Virus record (IMG/VR): IMGVR_UViG_3300048598_000532
Coordinates: 1 to 38,915 of that record
Origin: a virus
Taxonomy: Duplodnaviria > Caudoviricetes
DNA length: 38,915 nt
Reading direction: 5' to 3' (one strand)
Below the pieces are notes generated by a model. That model ran no database searches. It worked only from the letters and a program-made list of their open reading frames with translations, and had not been told where the DNA came from. Shown in pieces: positions 1 through 8,946 of the stretch. Each line of letters opens with the position of its first letter. Position 1 is the first letter of the stretch. The translations under genes were made by a program, and so were the position numbers.

Positions 1-744
1 TCAGCTCGGCGTTGCCACCTGCTCGGCGAGCTGAATCCTCTCGCTTGTCAGCTCATAATACGCCTCGGACAACTCGACACCAACAAACCGCCGGCCGGTC
101 TGCATACAGGCCAGTGCCGTGGTGCCGCCGCCCATGAAGGGGTCCAGGATCGTGCCATTTTCGCGCGTCACCCCGAGCAGATCCACGAGCAGCGACACCG
201 GCTTGCCCGTCAGGTGTACCTTGTCCGCCGGAACCACACGATGAGCGAACACGCCGGGGAAGCACCTTCGCGTGTGAGTCTTGGCCGGGGCGTGGACAGC
301 ATGGACCACGAACTCGGCGTCGCGCCGGAATGCTCCCAGCATGGGTCTGGCTGTCGGTTTGTGCCAGACCACTATCCCGCGCCACTCGAACCCGGCTGCC
401 TGAACCGCATCGGTCATCAGCGGGAGTTGGCGCCAGTCACTAAAGACCAGGCAAGGTGCGCCAGGTTTGGTCAGCCGCCAGCATTCGGAGAGCCATAACG
501 TGGCCCACAAGGCAAAGCTACGTTGGTCCTTACAGTCGCCCAGCATGGGCGGATAGGTTCGCTTGGTTCCGGTCTGTTGGTATTTTGCTGCCGGATCCCG
601 GCGGCGCGCCCCGGCGTGCAACCCACCGCTCGAATACGGCGGGTCGGTGACCACTGCATCCACCGAGGCGTCCGGCAACTCGCGTAGAACGGCCAGGGCA
701 TCCCCGTTGTACAATATTCCGTTGTCAAAGATCGTGTTGCGCAT
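1..744 (-). CDS. N6-adenine/N4-cytosine DNA methyltransferase (beta class) at the mom position
   Basis: VVTDPPY catalytic motif near the N-terminus; H..GKP and ILDPFMGGGTT SAM-binding motif near the C-terminus. Confidence 0.93.
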   Translation of the reverse strand: MRNTIFDNGILYNGDALAVLRELPDASVDAVVTDPPYSSGGLHAGARRRDPAAKYQQTGTKRTYPPMLGDCKDQRSFALWATLWLSECWRLTKPGAPCLVFSDWRQLPLMTDAVQAAGFEWRGIVVWHKPTARPMLGAFRRDAEFVVHAVHAPAKTHTRRCFPGVFAHRVVPADKVHLTGKPVSLLVDLLGVTRENGTILDPFMGGGTTALACMQTGRRFVGVELSEAYYELTSERIQLAEQVATPS

Positions 745-901
745 GTGAGGGCTCCCGCATCGGGGCTCGTCGGCCCTCTCGGTCGGGGCTCGTGGCCCTC
801 ACATGATTAATAACCCCGCATCGCGGGCATTTTATGGCGAGGTCTTGGGCCTCACCCTTCGCCAACAACTTATTGCACGATCCGCAACGTATCTCCCGCA
901 T
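725..901 (-). CDS. com: Com-family zinc-finger translational regulator, 58 aa (below the ORF-track cutoff)
   Basis: Manual translation MREIRCGSCNKLLAKGEAQDLAIKCPRCGVINHVRATSP...HDL*; CxxC...KCPRC pattern; overlaps the MTase start as com overlaps mom. Confidence 0.92.
   Translation of the reverse strand: MREIRCGSCNKLLAKGEAQDLAIKCPRCGVINHVRATSPDREGRRAPMREPSHAQHDL
742..805 (-). promoter_or_regulatory. Translation-inhibitory hairpin over the MTase start codon, with GAGNNCC repeats (putative Com site)
   Basis: Perfect 11-bp inverted repeat CATGTGAGGGC (742-752) / GCCCTCACATG (795-805) that includes the ATG; mRNA reads GAGGGCC-AC-GAGCCCC and GAGGGCC-GAC-GAGCCCC. Confidence 0.75.
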
Positions 902-938
902 TTTCTACTTCTTTACAGGTTGCGCTCCCGCCTGCTAC

Positions 939-1047
939 CTCCCTGGCACCCATCGTCCCGGTGGGCAGGGAGCAGCTGGCGCAAGCCGGTGGACCGGTGT
1001 TACCCCACCGGGCCAGTGGGGCGGCTCCAATCCGCCCCGCCTGCTCC
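939..1047 (+). ncRNA. Candidate structured RNA (four-way junction) between the tail fibre and com
   Basis: GGAGCAG(969-975)/CTGCTCC(1041-1047) closes three abutting hairpins, one with a GCAA tetraloop; G-U pairs favour the + strand. Confidence 0.6.
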
Positions 1048-1058
1048 GCTTATCGTCC

Positions 1059-2621
1059 TTAGTTGACCGGGTTGTTGTACTCGACAATAACCGCGCCAGG
1101 GCCGCCGTTGCCGCCATATCCGCCGGAATATTGGCTGACCGTGGGGCCGCCGGGAGAGCCGTTTTCGCCGGCCAGGCCACCGGTTGCCGTCGCGGTGGGT
1201 GCGGATGTGCAGTCAGAGGCGCCACCGCCACCGCCAGATCCATAGCCCGTGCCGTTGCACCCGCCATTGCCGCCAACACCAGGATAGGAGCAATACGCGG
1301 CGGACATGCCGTGCTGCCCGTCCGGACCGCCCCCTTGGCCGCCTCGGCCGATCAGGCCGCCGGCTCCGCCCGAGGTGCCAGAACCGGCCGCGCCATCGGT
1401 GGTTGCGGTCGCGGTCGTGGCGCCCGTGCCACCTGCACCAATCTGCACCGCGACAGACGCTCCGGCGGTCAGCGACACATAGGCCGTCCGCACCAGGCCG
1501 CTGCCGCCGCCACCGCCGGCCCCGCCGATGTCACTGCCCCCCTTCGAGCCGCCACCCCCGCCACCCGAACCACCGCCGGCACTGATCGTGCCGAAGGTCG
1601 TTGTCCCACCGCCGGCACCGCCGGCACCACCGATCTGGTCCGAGGTCTCGGAGCCGCAACCGCAGCCGGCCCCGCCACCGCCACCACCGCCAATGCACGT
1701 GACCCGGTAGACTCCCGTGACCGGCGCCGACCAGGTGCCCGAGGCGGTGATCACTTGCCGGGTTTTGCTCGACATCACGTCGAGTAGGGCCTCGATGGCG
1801 GTCTGGACGCGCGTCGGAGCACCTGGGAGCGCTGCCGTGGTATTGTCGAACAATATATGGGAGGCCGCGTGGGCCGGGTCGGCGGCCTCGTGGCTGGCGA
1901 CACTGGGTATGCTCTCAATCAGGGCCTCGATGGCGGTTTGCACGCGTGTCGGGTTACCCGGGAGCGCCGCCGTGCCGTTGTCAAAGGTGATGTGTGACGC
2001 CGGATGGGCCGGATTGCTGGCCGCGTGGTCGGCAATGCTGGTCTCGTTGGGGTTGTGGCCGTCGTTGGCATAGAGGGTCACCATTGGGACGGTCCCGGCC
2101 GCGCCTTTGACCGCCTTGAGGATGCGCAGGCTGGTCGGGCTGGACTGGCCGCCGCCCGTGCCCTCGGTATCGGTCTCGGCCCCCTCGACCAGGGACAGGC
2201 GGCACACGAGCTTGCGCGCCAATGGATCGATGATGTTGCCGTTGGCGGGGTCGCCGTAATCCACCACCAGGCCGCAGGTGTCGTCGATTTCGGCTCGCAG
2301 GAACCGGGTGGCGTTGTCCGGGATGGTGATGGCCCGGGTGTCCAGGTCGTGGGTGTCGAACACCATGCCACCGACTGCGAATTGCAGGTTGTCGACCAGG
2401 GTGACGGTATCGGCCGAGGCGACCACCGACATGGTATGGGCCGCCGTGGCGATGATGGGATAATGGTAGATCTGGTGCAGCTCCAGGATGGCCCGGGACA
2501 GCAGGTTACTGTCCTCCTGCAACCGATCTACGGCCGTGGCTGGCAGGATATCATCCGTGGCGAAGTCGTTGAACTTGGTTTGAACCCAACCAGGCATCCG
2601 CGTGGTCGTGACGTTTTCCAT
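1059..2621 (-). CDS. Tail fibre / receptor-binding protein with a glycine-rich C-terminal domain
   Basis: Follows baseplate J and I; internal 45-aa repeat; TASGTWSAP..VYRVTCIGGGGGGG...GGPGAVIVEY Gly-rich domain. Confidence 0.75.
   Translation of the reverse strand: MENVTTTRMPGWVQTKFNDFATDDILPATAVDRLQEDSNLLSRAILELHQIYHYPIIATAAHTMSVVASADTVTLVDNLQFAVGGMVFDTHDLDTRAITIPDNATRFLRAEIDDTCGLVVDYGDPANGNIIDPLARKLVCRLSLVEGAETDTEGTGGGQSSPTSLRILKAVKGAAGTVPMVTLYANDGHNPNETSIADHAASNPAHPASHITFDNGTAALPGNPTRVQTAIEALIESIPSVASHEAADPAHAASHILFDNTTAALPGAPTRVQTAIEALLDVMSSKTRQVITASGTWSAPVTGVYRVTCIGGGGGGGAGCGCGSETSDQIGGAGGAGGGTTTFGTISAGGGSGGGGGGSKGGSDIGGAGGGGGSGLVRTAYVSLTAGASVAVQIGAGGTGATTATATTDGAAGSGTSGGAGGLIGRGGQGGGPDGQHGMSAAYCSYPGVGGNGGCNGTGYGSGGGGGASDCTSAPTATATGGLAGENGSPGGPTVSQYSGGYGGNGGPGAVIVEYNNPVN
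1786..2032. repeat. Two diverged copies of a 135-nt-period repeat inside the fibre gene
   Basis: AGGGCCTCGATGGCG at 1786 and 1921; protein H..A.PAH.ASHI.FDN.TAALPG.PTRVQTAIEAL occurs twice. Confidence 0.85.
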
Positions 2622-2632
2622 GATCCTCCCCC

Positions 2633-3265
2633 TTATTCTGTGACGCTTATGGTGCCCAGGAGATCCCGGCCCAGGCGGCTATATGTGTTCCCACAACGAA
2701 AACCCCGGAACCGGACCGTGGCCCGGCAACGGGCCGGCTTCATGGCCGCAACCATGGCGGCCAGGGCCTCGCGGTCCACGGCCGCGTTGACGGCGTCGTC
2801 ATGGTTGACGACCACGTCGAAGTCGAAAATGGAGGTCTCGGGCAGGTGCAGCCGACTGCCCAGCCGCGACACGCCGAGGCTGAACGGCGTCTGCGGTGGC
2901 TGGCCCATCCCGTCCTGGTCCAGCCGGGAGCTGCCCAACAAAAAATAGCCGCGCTCGCGGATCGTCGGCGTGATGCCGTACCAGTACTCGACCAGCTCGC
3001 GCAGGGCCCCAGGTGTGCCCTTGGTCCGGTGCCAGGGCACTGAGCGTTTGATGAGCTGGCGCCGCTGGGTCTCGGTCGCGTCCGGACGGCAGAAATCGAC
3101 GTGGAACTGCTCCAACAGAACGGGAATCGCCGTGGCCGTCACCCGGTCGATCAGCAACGGGATGACGGCCGAGCGGTCCATGGCGTCGTAACGGCCGAGC
3201 AGGTCGGCATAGGCCACGGCCACGGCATCACGGATGCCTGGCGGGATGATGCGGCGTTCAGCCAT
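2633..3265 (-). CDS. Baseplate/tail protein I (P2 gpI-like)
   Basis: RQLIKRSVPWHRTKGTPGAL and KPARC motifs; lies downstream of J. Confidence 0.85.
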   Translation of the reverse strand: MAERRIIPPGIRDAVAVAYADLLGRYDAMDRSAVIPLLIDRVTATAIPVLLEQFHVDFCRPDATETQRRQLIKRSVPWHRTKGTPGALRELVEYWYGITPTIRERGYFLLGSSRLDQDGMGQPPQTPFSLGVSRLGSRLHLPETSIFDFDVVVNHDDAVNAAVDREALAAMVAAMKPARCRATVRFRGFRCGNTYSRLGRDLLGTISVTE

Positions 3266-4373
3266 CCACCACCCCCGACAGGGTCACGGTGGTGCCCGTG
3301 CAGACCGCGAACTCGTTGGCGGCCAGGGTGCGCGCAGCCGGCGCCGTGAGATTGACGCTTTGCACCCCGGTGATGTTTTGGAGCAGCGCAACAAATTTTG
3401 ACGGCACAATGGCCGCTCCCAGCGAGGCTTGCAGGGTGGCGGCTTGGCTGGCCAGGGCCGTGGCGGCCGCAGCCCGCACCGTAGCGGCATCGGCCCAGGC
3501 GTACAGGACCAGGCTGGCCGTGACGGTATAATCCACCGGGATGGGCGCCCGCACGATGACCTGGTCGGTGATGGGCCGGCGTTTGTCGGCCGAAAGCGCC
3601 TCCAGTACCGTCGCGGCCAGCTCATCGGAGAGCGTGCCCGACTCGGTGAGCGGATAAACCGCCACCAGCCCGGGATACGGCGTCAGCACGGCGGCATCGA
3701 CAATGGACTGGTGGGTGGCCATGGCCCAGTAGCGGTAGGCGCCGGACGGTCCGGCGGCCGCGAAGCCCTCGGGCGCCTGGACGATGCGCTGGCGCAGACG
3801 CTCGTCGGTCTCGGCCGCCTGGCCGCCATAGGAGGTGGTCGTGTTGGCAGCCGTGGACACATAATCCACGGTGGTGAGCAGCGTAGCCACCGCGCCGGGC
3901 AGCAGGCCGTTGCCCGACGTGCCGGCGGTCTCGGCCGTGGCCGTCGCATCAACATATAAGGCGCCGGCAACGATGGTGGCCGCCGCATCGGTCGCGAACA
4001 CGATCTGGCCGTCGCTGGACTGCACCCGGGTGCCGGACGGCACCACCACGTCTACGGTTTGAACGGCGGATAACGTGAACCGGATGGTGGTCTGGGCGGC
4101 CGAGGCATCCAGGCGGGACACCCCGAGCAGCTCGCCGAGATAGTCCAGGATGGCGCCGCGCGAATAGCGCACCAGGTTGAGCTTGGCCGCCTCCTGGAGG
4201 GCGATGCGCACGCCTGTCTCGCGGTAGGCGATCATATCCACGACCAGCCGTTCAGGCTGGGCCGGGTACAGGGTCTTGCCGGCCATGGCCTCGAACTGGC
4301 TGACCATCTCCGAGGTGATGGTGGCCGGATCGCGGCCAACGAAATCCGGATCATCCAGGGTTTTCCAGTCCAT
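3258..4373 (-). CDS. Baseplate J/gp47 family protein
   Basis: GGQAAETDERLRQRI, AAGPSGAYRYWA and RPITDQV motifs; start MDWKTL after an AGGAGG RBS. Confidence 0.92.
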   Translation of the reverse strand: MDWKTLDDPDFVGRDPATITSEMVSQFEAMAGKTLYPAQPERLVVDMIAYRETGVRIALQEAAKLNLVRYSRGAILDYLGELLGVSRLDASAAQTTIRFTLSAVQTVDVVVPSGTRVQSSDGQIVFATDAAATIVAGALYVDATATAETAGTSGNGLLPGAVATLLTTVDYVSTAANTTTSYGGQAAETDERLRQRIVQAPEGFAAAGPSGAYRYWAMATHQSIVDAAVLTPYPGLVAVYPLTESGTLSDELAATVLEALSADKRRPITDQVIVRAPIPVDYTVTASLVLYAWADAATVRAAAATALASQAATLQASLGAAIVPSKFVALLQNITGVQSVNLTAPAARTLAANEFAVCTGTTVTLSGVVDG

Positions 4374-4387
4374 GGCGCCTCCTACTA

Positions 4388-5005
4388 CTACTGCACAGTG
4401 GTGAGCGAATAGGCCACCTGGGTGGATTGGCCGGCCGAGCCCAGGCGCGCGGTCCAATGGACGACCAGGTTGACCTGAGCCAGGCCATAACTGGCCGTGA
4501 TCTTGGTGACCGTGGCGCGCGGCTCCCAGGTGGCCACGGCATCGGTGCACTCGCGGATGACATGCGGCAGCGCCTGGGTTTCCGGGTGGTCAAGGTAGCG
4601 CCAGGCATCACACCCGAATTGCGGCCGATGCGGGACCGAGCCCTTGGGCGTGGTCAGGATGATCCGGATGCACTGGGCGATATCCCCCAGTCCCTGCACG
4701 ATCTCGCCATAGGTGCCCACCTTGTGGGACCAGTCGGCCGCCGTGATGGTGGTGACGTCGACCCCGGAGGATTTGCGGCTCTGCCGGGCCGGGACCTTGG
4801 TGACGACCTGGACGAGGTTGGCCTGCGCGGTGGCGATCGCCACGGGCGCAAAGGCCAGGGCGGTGGGCACCACGCCGAACACGTCGTCCAGGGCAACGGG
4901 GATCTCTGGTGCGGCGGTCTGGCACCCGGCCGTGCTGGACCGCGAGACATAAAACAGTTCCCCCGGCTCAAACGGCAAATCCGGTAATGCGATCGAGTAC
5001 GCCAT
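4388..5005 (-). CDS. Baseplate wedge gpW/gp25 protein with an ~80-aa N-terminal extension
   Basis: DIAQCIRIILTTPKGSVPHRPQFGC...WEPR in the C-terminal half. Confidence 0.85.
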   Translation of the reverse strand: MAYSIALPDLPFEPGELFYVSRSSTAGCQTAAPEIPVALDDVFGVVPTALAFAPVAIATAQANLVQVVTKVPARQSRKSSGVDVTTITAADWSHKVGTYGEIVQGLGDIAQCIRIILTTPKGSVPHRPQFGCDAWRYLDHPETQALPHVIRECTDAVATWEPRATVTKITASYGLAQVNLVVHWTARLGSAGQSTQVAYSLTTVQ

Positions 5006-6210
5006 TACCAGGACTCTCTCATGGCGACAATGGATGACCCAAAAAGGACATAGCGGTAGATGACGTCAGCAATGACATAGGTCGACGACGCGGTTAGCGC
5101 TGCTGGAAATGGTGTATCAACCGTAATGGTTGTCTCTGTATTGGCAATAATCTTGCGGCAATTCCCCGCATCCGTCCCACCAGTAATACCCAAAAACTTG
5201 CCGACCAGCCCAGAAGGCGTCCAGGATTGAGCGGTGTCCAGCAGATCAACCGTATTACCATCTTTTGCAGTCCCCGACAGAGGGACAGACCCATCGGTAT
5301 TTTTGACAATGAAATCATCAGCGGTTCCAGACTGCCCAGAGCAAAACGCGGAATCTATATCATTGTAAGCCGATCCAAAGCTTGCATACCAACACATCGG
5401 GCTGATAAACACATCCCCTTGAATTGTATCTTTTGTAAATACGCTTTCATTGAGAAGAGGATGTATTGTTGTAGACAATAAGTCCGTTGCGTCGGCTGCT
5501 ATCAATGTCCGTTCGTCTATTGCCCGCAAAATACTTCCTGATGCGATAAACAAAATGCTTGGCGGCACACAAACGGAACTGCCCGCAGCTAAATCAATAT
5601 TCAATACCGATAGAGTCAGACTATTTGATCCAATGGCAGTAATGGTGCGATAGCCCCAGCCATTTCCGCTGCTGTCGGCCACGGCGACCTTCATGCCAAT
5701 CTTGAAGTTGACAACATTGTCGACCGGAATTTCGACTGTATAACCATTTGACACTGCCGCCGTGGTCAGGGCGGCAACATCCGGGTAATGTGCCGGCATA
5801 GACAACATGATGCCGGCACAGGTAGTTCCTGTTGTTTGGTAGGTCCCACCGATACTTCTTATGAAGAAAATATTTTTTGATACAAAAATATAAAGTTTTG
5901 AATAGTTCAATTGCACGCCTTGTGTGTATGATATATTGCCACTGCCTGCGTGCGTTGTTGCATTCCAATATCTACATATAGATGATACATAAACATATCC
6001 AGATGCTACGGATATAGCAAAATAAAATGGGATGCTTCGTGATGAGACTTGACATTTGAAAACAGTTTTGTCCGATGACGCTTGGTCATAAACGGAAATG
6101 TTGTCTCCAAAATACGTCAAAATATAATTGCGCAGCAAATCCATTATTTGAGTGGTTGTCATGCCACTTAAACTCACAATACCGCCAATATTATTGACTG
6201 CTGTGGACAT
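5005..6210 (-). CDS. Hypothetical beta-rich 401-aa protein, low GC, probably virion-associated
   Basis: Long ORF with an AAGG RBS, stop coupled to the gpW start; visibly AT-richer than its flanks. Confidence 0.75.
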   Translation of the reverse strand: MSTAVNNIGGIVSLSGMTTTQIMDLLRNYILTYFGDNISVYDQASSDKTVFKCQVSSRSIPFYFAISVASGYVYVSSICRYWNATTHAGSGNISYTQGVQLNYSKLYIFVSKNIFFIRSIGGTYQTTGTTCAGIMLSMPAHYPDVAALTTAAVSNGYTVEIPVDNVVNFKIGMKVAVADSSGNGWGYRTITAIGSNSLTLSVLNIDLAAGSSVCVPPSILFIASGSILRAIDERTLIAADATDLLSTTIHPLLNESVFTKDTIQGDVFISPMCWYASFGSAYNDIDSAFCSGQSGTADDFIVKNTDGSVPLSGTAKDGNTVDLLDTAQSWTPSGLVGKFLGITGGTDAGNCRKIIANTETTITVDTPFPAALTASSTYVIADVIYRYVLFGSSIVAMRESW

Positions 6211-6235
6211 GTTGCACCTTGCCTTACGTTAGAGA

Positions 6236-6760
6236 TCAATCCGACGGGAGACTTGCCGGGGCATACGGGAACGACCGCGAGTCCGGCGTATAGGTTTCGA
6301 TGCGCGTCTGGGCTCGCAGGCGCAACACCGACCGCGAGTCGATGTCGCAGTCGCCGTGCACCACGATGACGGCCGCGCCGCCGATCTCGACCGCGCCGTC
6401 CGCGCCAATGGTGAGGCGGACCTGGCCGCCCGGCAGGGACACCGTGGCGCGGTGGCTGGCCGCGTCGTATTCAAATTGCGCCCCGTCTTTGAACGCCACG
6501 TGCCGCTTGTCCTGGCTGTCCACCGGGGTGGGATCGGCGGCCGAATAGATGCCGCCCAACACCACCCCCTCCTCGTTGTGCTCGTCGATCAGGCAGGCCA
6601 CCTGCTCGCCGATTTCGGGCATGTGGTAGTCACGGGTGCCGTAGGCCTGCCGCTGGGTCACGGCCAGCCAGTAGGATTCGATGCCCTCGTTGTCCTGATA
6701 CCGGACGCGCACCCGGCAGGTGGCCGGGTCGGTGGCGGCTACGACGCCGAATTTAAGCAT
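6236..6760 (-). CDS. Baseplate spike gpV
   Basis: MLKFGVV..CRVRV..SYWL..MPEIGEQVACL..GVVLGGIYS..FKDGAQFEYD OB-fold/spike pattern. Confidence 0.92.
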   Translation of the reverse strand: MLKFGVVAATDPATCRVRVRYQDNEGIESYWLAVTQRQAYGTRDYHMPEIGEQVACLIDEHNEEGVVLGGIYSAADPTPVDSQDKRHVAFKDGAQFEYDAASHRATVSLPGGQVRLTIGADGAVEIGGAAVIVVHGDCDIDSRSVLRLRAQTRIETYTPDSRSFPYAPASLPSD

Positions 6761-7769
6761 CGCTGTCCTCCTCGGCCTCGTAGCCGCGTTTGATATCAAT
6801 TTCAGTATGATATCCAGACGTCTTGTCCATGCTGTGGCGGGAGGTGTCGATCAGATAGGTGCCGTCGAAATGCCCGAACCCGGCCAGGGCCACGGTATTG
6901 CCGGCCACCAGCCGAGTGTTGCCCTCCATGGTGAGCGTGCCCTCAAACTTGCCGTCGTTGGCCTGTTCCAGTGCAGCCTTGGACTGCAACTTGGCCTGCT
7001 CGGCGTTTTCGCAACGCCGCACCACCTTGCAGGTGTCGCCGGACTCCACGTCCTTGGCCTTGGCCGTGTGGGTCAGGCACTGCTTGGATTTGGGGTCGTC
7101 ATAGGCGCAGGTCGCGTCCTTGTAGACCTTGAGCGTCTTGTCCCGCAGGGTGTAGGTGCTCACGTCGCCCACGCGATTGGTGGTCAACACCGGATCAGCC
7201 GTGCGCAACGCGGAGTACTTTGAAAAAACCAGCTGATCGCCCTTAACCGAGAACACATAGCCGTAATTGCCGGCGATGCGCTTGAGAAAGGCCAGGTCCC
7301 CCTCCTGGTGCTGGGTGATGCGCTTGAGGGACACGTCGGCAATCTCGCCCACCACCGTGAACTGGTGGCGCCGGGCCACGGCCGTGGCAATGCCCCGCAA
7401 CGTGGTGCCCTCATAAGCCTGGGACCGCTTGGTGCGCTGGGGCTCGGTGATGCCGGAGGCGAGCGCCCGGATATGCATGACCGCCTCGGGCCCGGAAATC
7501 TCGACCTCCTCGATCTGGAACGAACCGCAGGGCAATAGTTCCTCGCCGGCATAGCCCATGGTCACCACCACGGACATCCCCTGGGTCGGATACCAGTCCG
7601 TGCGCCACACGCCGGTCGAATCCTCCAGGACCAGGTCAATTTCGTCCGAGGCGCCGTGGGCATGGTCCGTATAGGTGACCGAGCGGACATAGGTCATGAT
7701 CTCGGCGGTGACGTCCTTGCCGGCCATGGCCACGGTCCAGCGCGGGGTGCGGACGGCTAGCGCTTCCAT
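6753..7769 (-). CDS. Baseplate hub / late control D protein (P2 gpD-like)
   Basis: SVTYTD...SDEIDLVLED, GSFQIEEVE and ITQHQEGDLAFLKRIA motifs. Confidence 0.9.
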   Translation of the reverse strand: MEALAVRTPRWTVAMAGKDVTAEIMTYVRSVTYTDHAHGASDEIDLVLEDSTGVWRTDWYPTQGMSVVVTMGYAGEELLPCGSFQIEEVEISGPEAVMHIRALASGITEPQRTKRSQAYEGTTLRGIATAVARRHQFTVVGEIADVSLKRITQHQEGDLAFLKRIAGNYGYVFSVKGDQLVFSKYSALRTADPVLTTNRVGDVSTYTLRDKTLKVYKDATCAYDDPKSKQCLTHTAKAKDVESGDTCKVVRRCENAEQAKLQSKAALEQANDGKFEGTLTMEGNTRLVAGNTVALAGFGHFDGTYLIDTSRHSMDKTSGYHTEIDIKRGYEAEEDSDA

Positions 7770-7975
7770 GGGGGGAGATCCTCGCTGAGGGTGTCGACCG
7801 TGGTCAGCACCGGGATGGTGAGTCGCAGGCCGCCGGGCAGTATCGGCGCGATGGGCACGTCGGGATTGGCGTCGATGATCTGCTCATAAGCCAGAGGGTC
7901 GCGGTAGTAGCGCCAGGCGAGCAGATCCCAGCGGTCCCCCTGAACCGTGACGTGGAGGAGTGCCCGGCTGCTCAT
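7757..7975 (-). CDS. Tail protein X (LysM-like)
   Basis: TVQGDRWDLLAWRYY...IIDANP...LPPWKR. Confidence 0.92.
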   Translation of the reverse strand: MSSRALLHVTVQGDRWDLLAWRYYRDPLAYEQIIDANPDVPIAPILPGGLRLTIPVLTTVDTLSEDLPPWKR

Positions 7976-8946
7976 GCCACCCTCAGCAGGGCGCGCAGGC
8001 CCACCAGCGGATCAGCCCCGGCGGCATAGGCCTCGGCCGTATCCCGGATCGCCTCATACACGGGCAGGTTGCCGCCCAGGGCCTCGATCACCGCGCAGAC
8101 GGACGTGTCGGCGATCAGCTCCCCGGCCCGGGTCAGGTCGCCGTCCAGGGCCAGGCTCAAGGCGTCGATGCCGGCCACCAGCACGTCCGATCCGGCGGCC
8201 TGGGCCACGGCCATGGCCGCCTCCACCACCGGGATCTCCGGCAAGGCGACCAAGGTGTCGGCCACCACTGCGGCAATGGTCGCGACATCGGACACCACGC
8301 CGGCCGCTGTCTGGGCCAGGGCAGCCAGTCCGGCCACGCCCAGACCGACGGCGCCGGCCAGGCCGTAAGCCGCGTCCACGACATCCGCCAACACCGAAAG
8401 GCCCAGTTCGCCCAGCTCGGCGGCGCGGGCCAGGAGCAACGTCGTCCGCGACACCTCTTCCCCGGTGTCGACTTCGAGGGCGGCATCGACGTCCGCCGTC
8501 TCATCCCAGAGGATGGCGCCCGGGACCGGATCATCCTCGGCCACGACTGCCTCGCCCGTCTCCTGGACGTCCGTGCCCACCCACTCGCGCAGCCGCAGTT
8601 CGGCGGTCTGCGAAATGGTGCCACCGTACTGGTCGGTGACAAGCGTCTGCTCGCGGATCTCGACGATGGTGTACCGGCCGAGGTACTGCCCGGTGCCGAG
8701 GGACAAAGGCAAGGCCGTGTGCTCTGCGGCGATGGCGCGCAGGTCGTACATGACCGTATCCGGATCGCAAAACACAGAGTGCAGCCGGATGGTCCAGTTG
8801 CGCTCGTCCAGTTCGTCGCCGGTCCATTGTACTTTGGGTTTCCCCTCGATCACGGGGTGGACGGCGTAATCGTGCCGCGTGGACAGATCGGCCGTCTCCG
8901 GGGCCAACAACAAGTCAAACCAGAGATCACCCAGCAACGCCCACAT
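7972..8946 (-). CDS. P2 gpU-like tail protein with a long Ala-rich helical extension
   Basis: MWALLGDLWF...YAVHPVIEGKPKVQWTGDEL...LRLREW; lies directly after the tape measure. Confidence 0.8.
   Translation of the reverse strand: MWALLGDLWFDLLLAPETADLSTRHDYAVHPVIEGKPKVQWTGDELDERNWTIRLHSVFCDPDTVMYDLRAIAAEHTALPLSLGTGQYLGRYTIVEIREQTLVTDQYGGTISQTAELRLREWVGTDVQETGEAVVAEDDPVPGAILWDETADVDAALEVDTGEEVSRTTLLLARAAELGELGLSVLADVVDAAYGLAGAVGLGVAGLAALAQTAAGVVSDVATIAAVVADTLVALPEIPVVEAAMAVAQAAGSDVLVAGIDALSLALDGDLTRAGELIADTSVCAVIEALGGNLPVYEAIRDTAEAYAAGADPLVGLRALLRVA

Noticed and set aside
969-1047. tRNA gene (cloverleaf-like fold)
   Set aside because: No TTCRA T-loop, no D-loop GG, no 7-nt anticodon arm geometry and no CCA end.
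1059-2621. Invertible G segment or diversity-generating retroelement at the tail fibre
   Set aside because: No invertase, reverse transcriptase, flanking inverted repeats or second fibre; the internal repeat differs at all base types rather than only at adenines.
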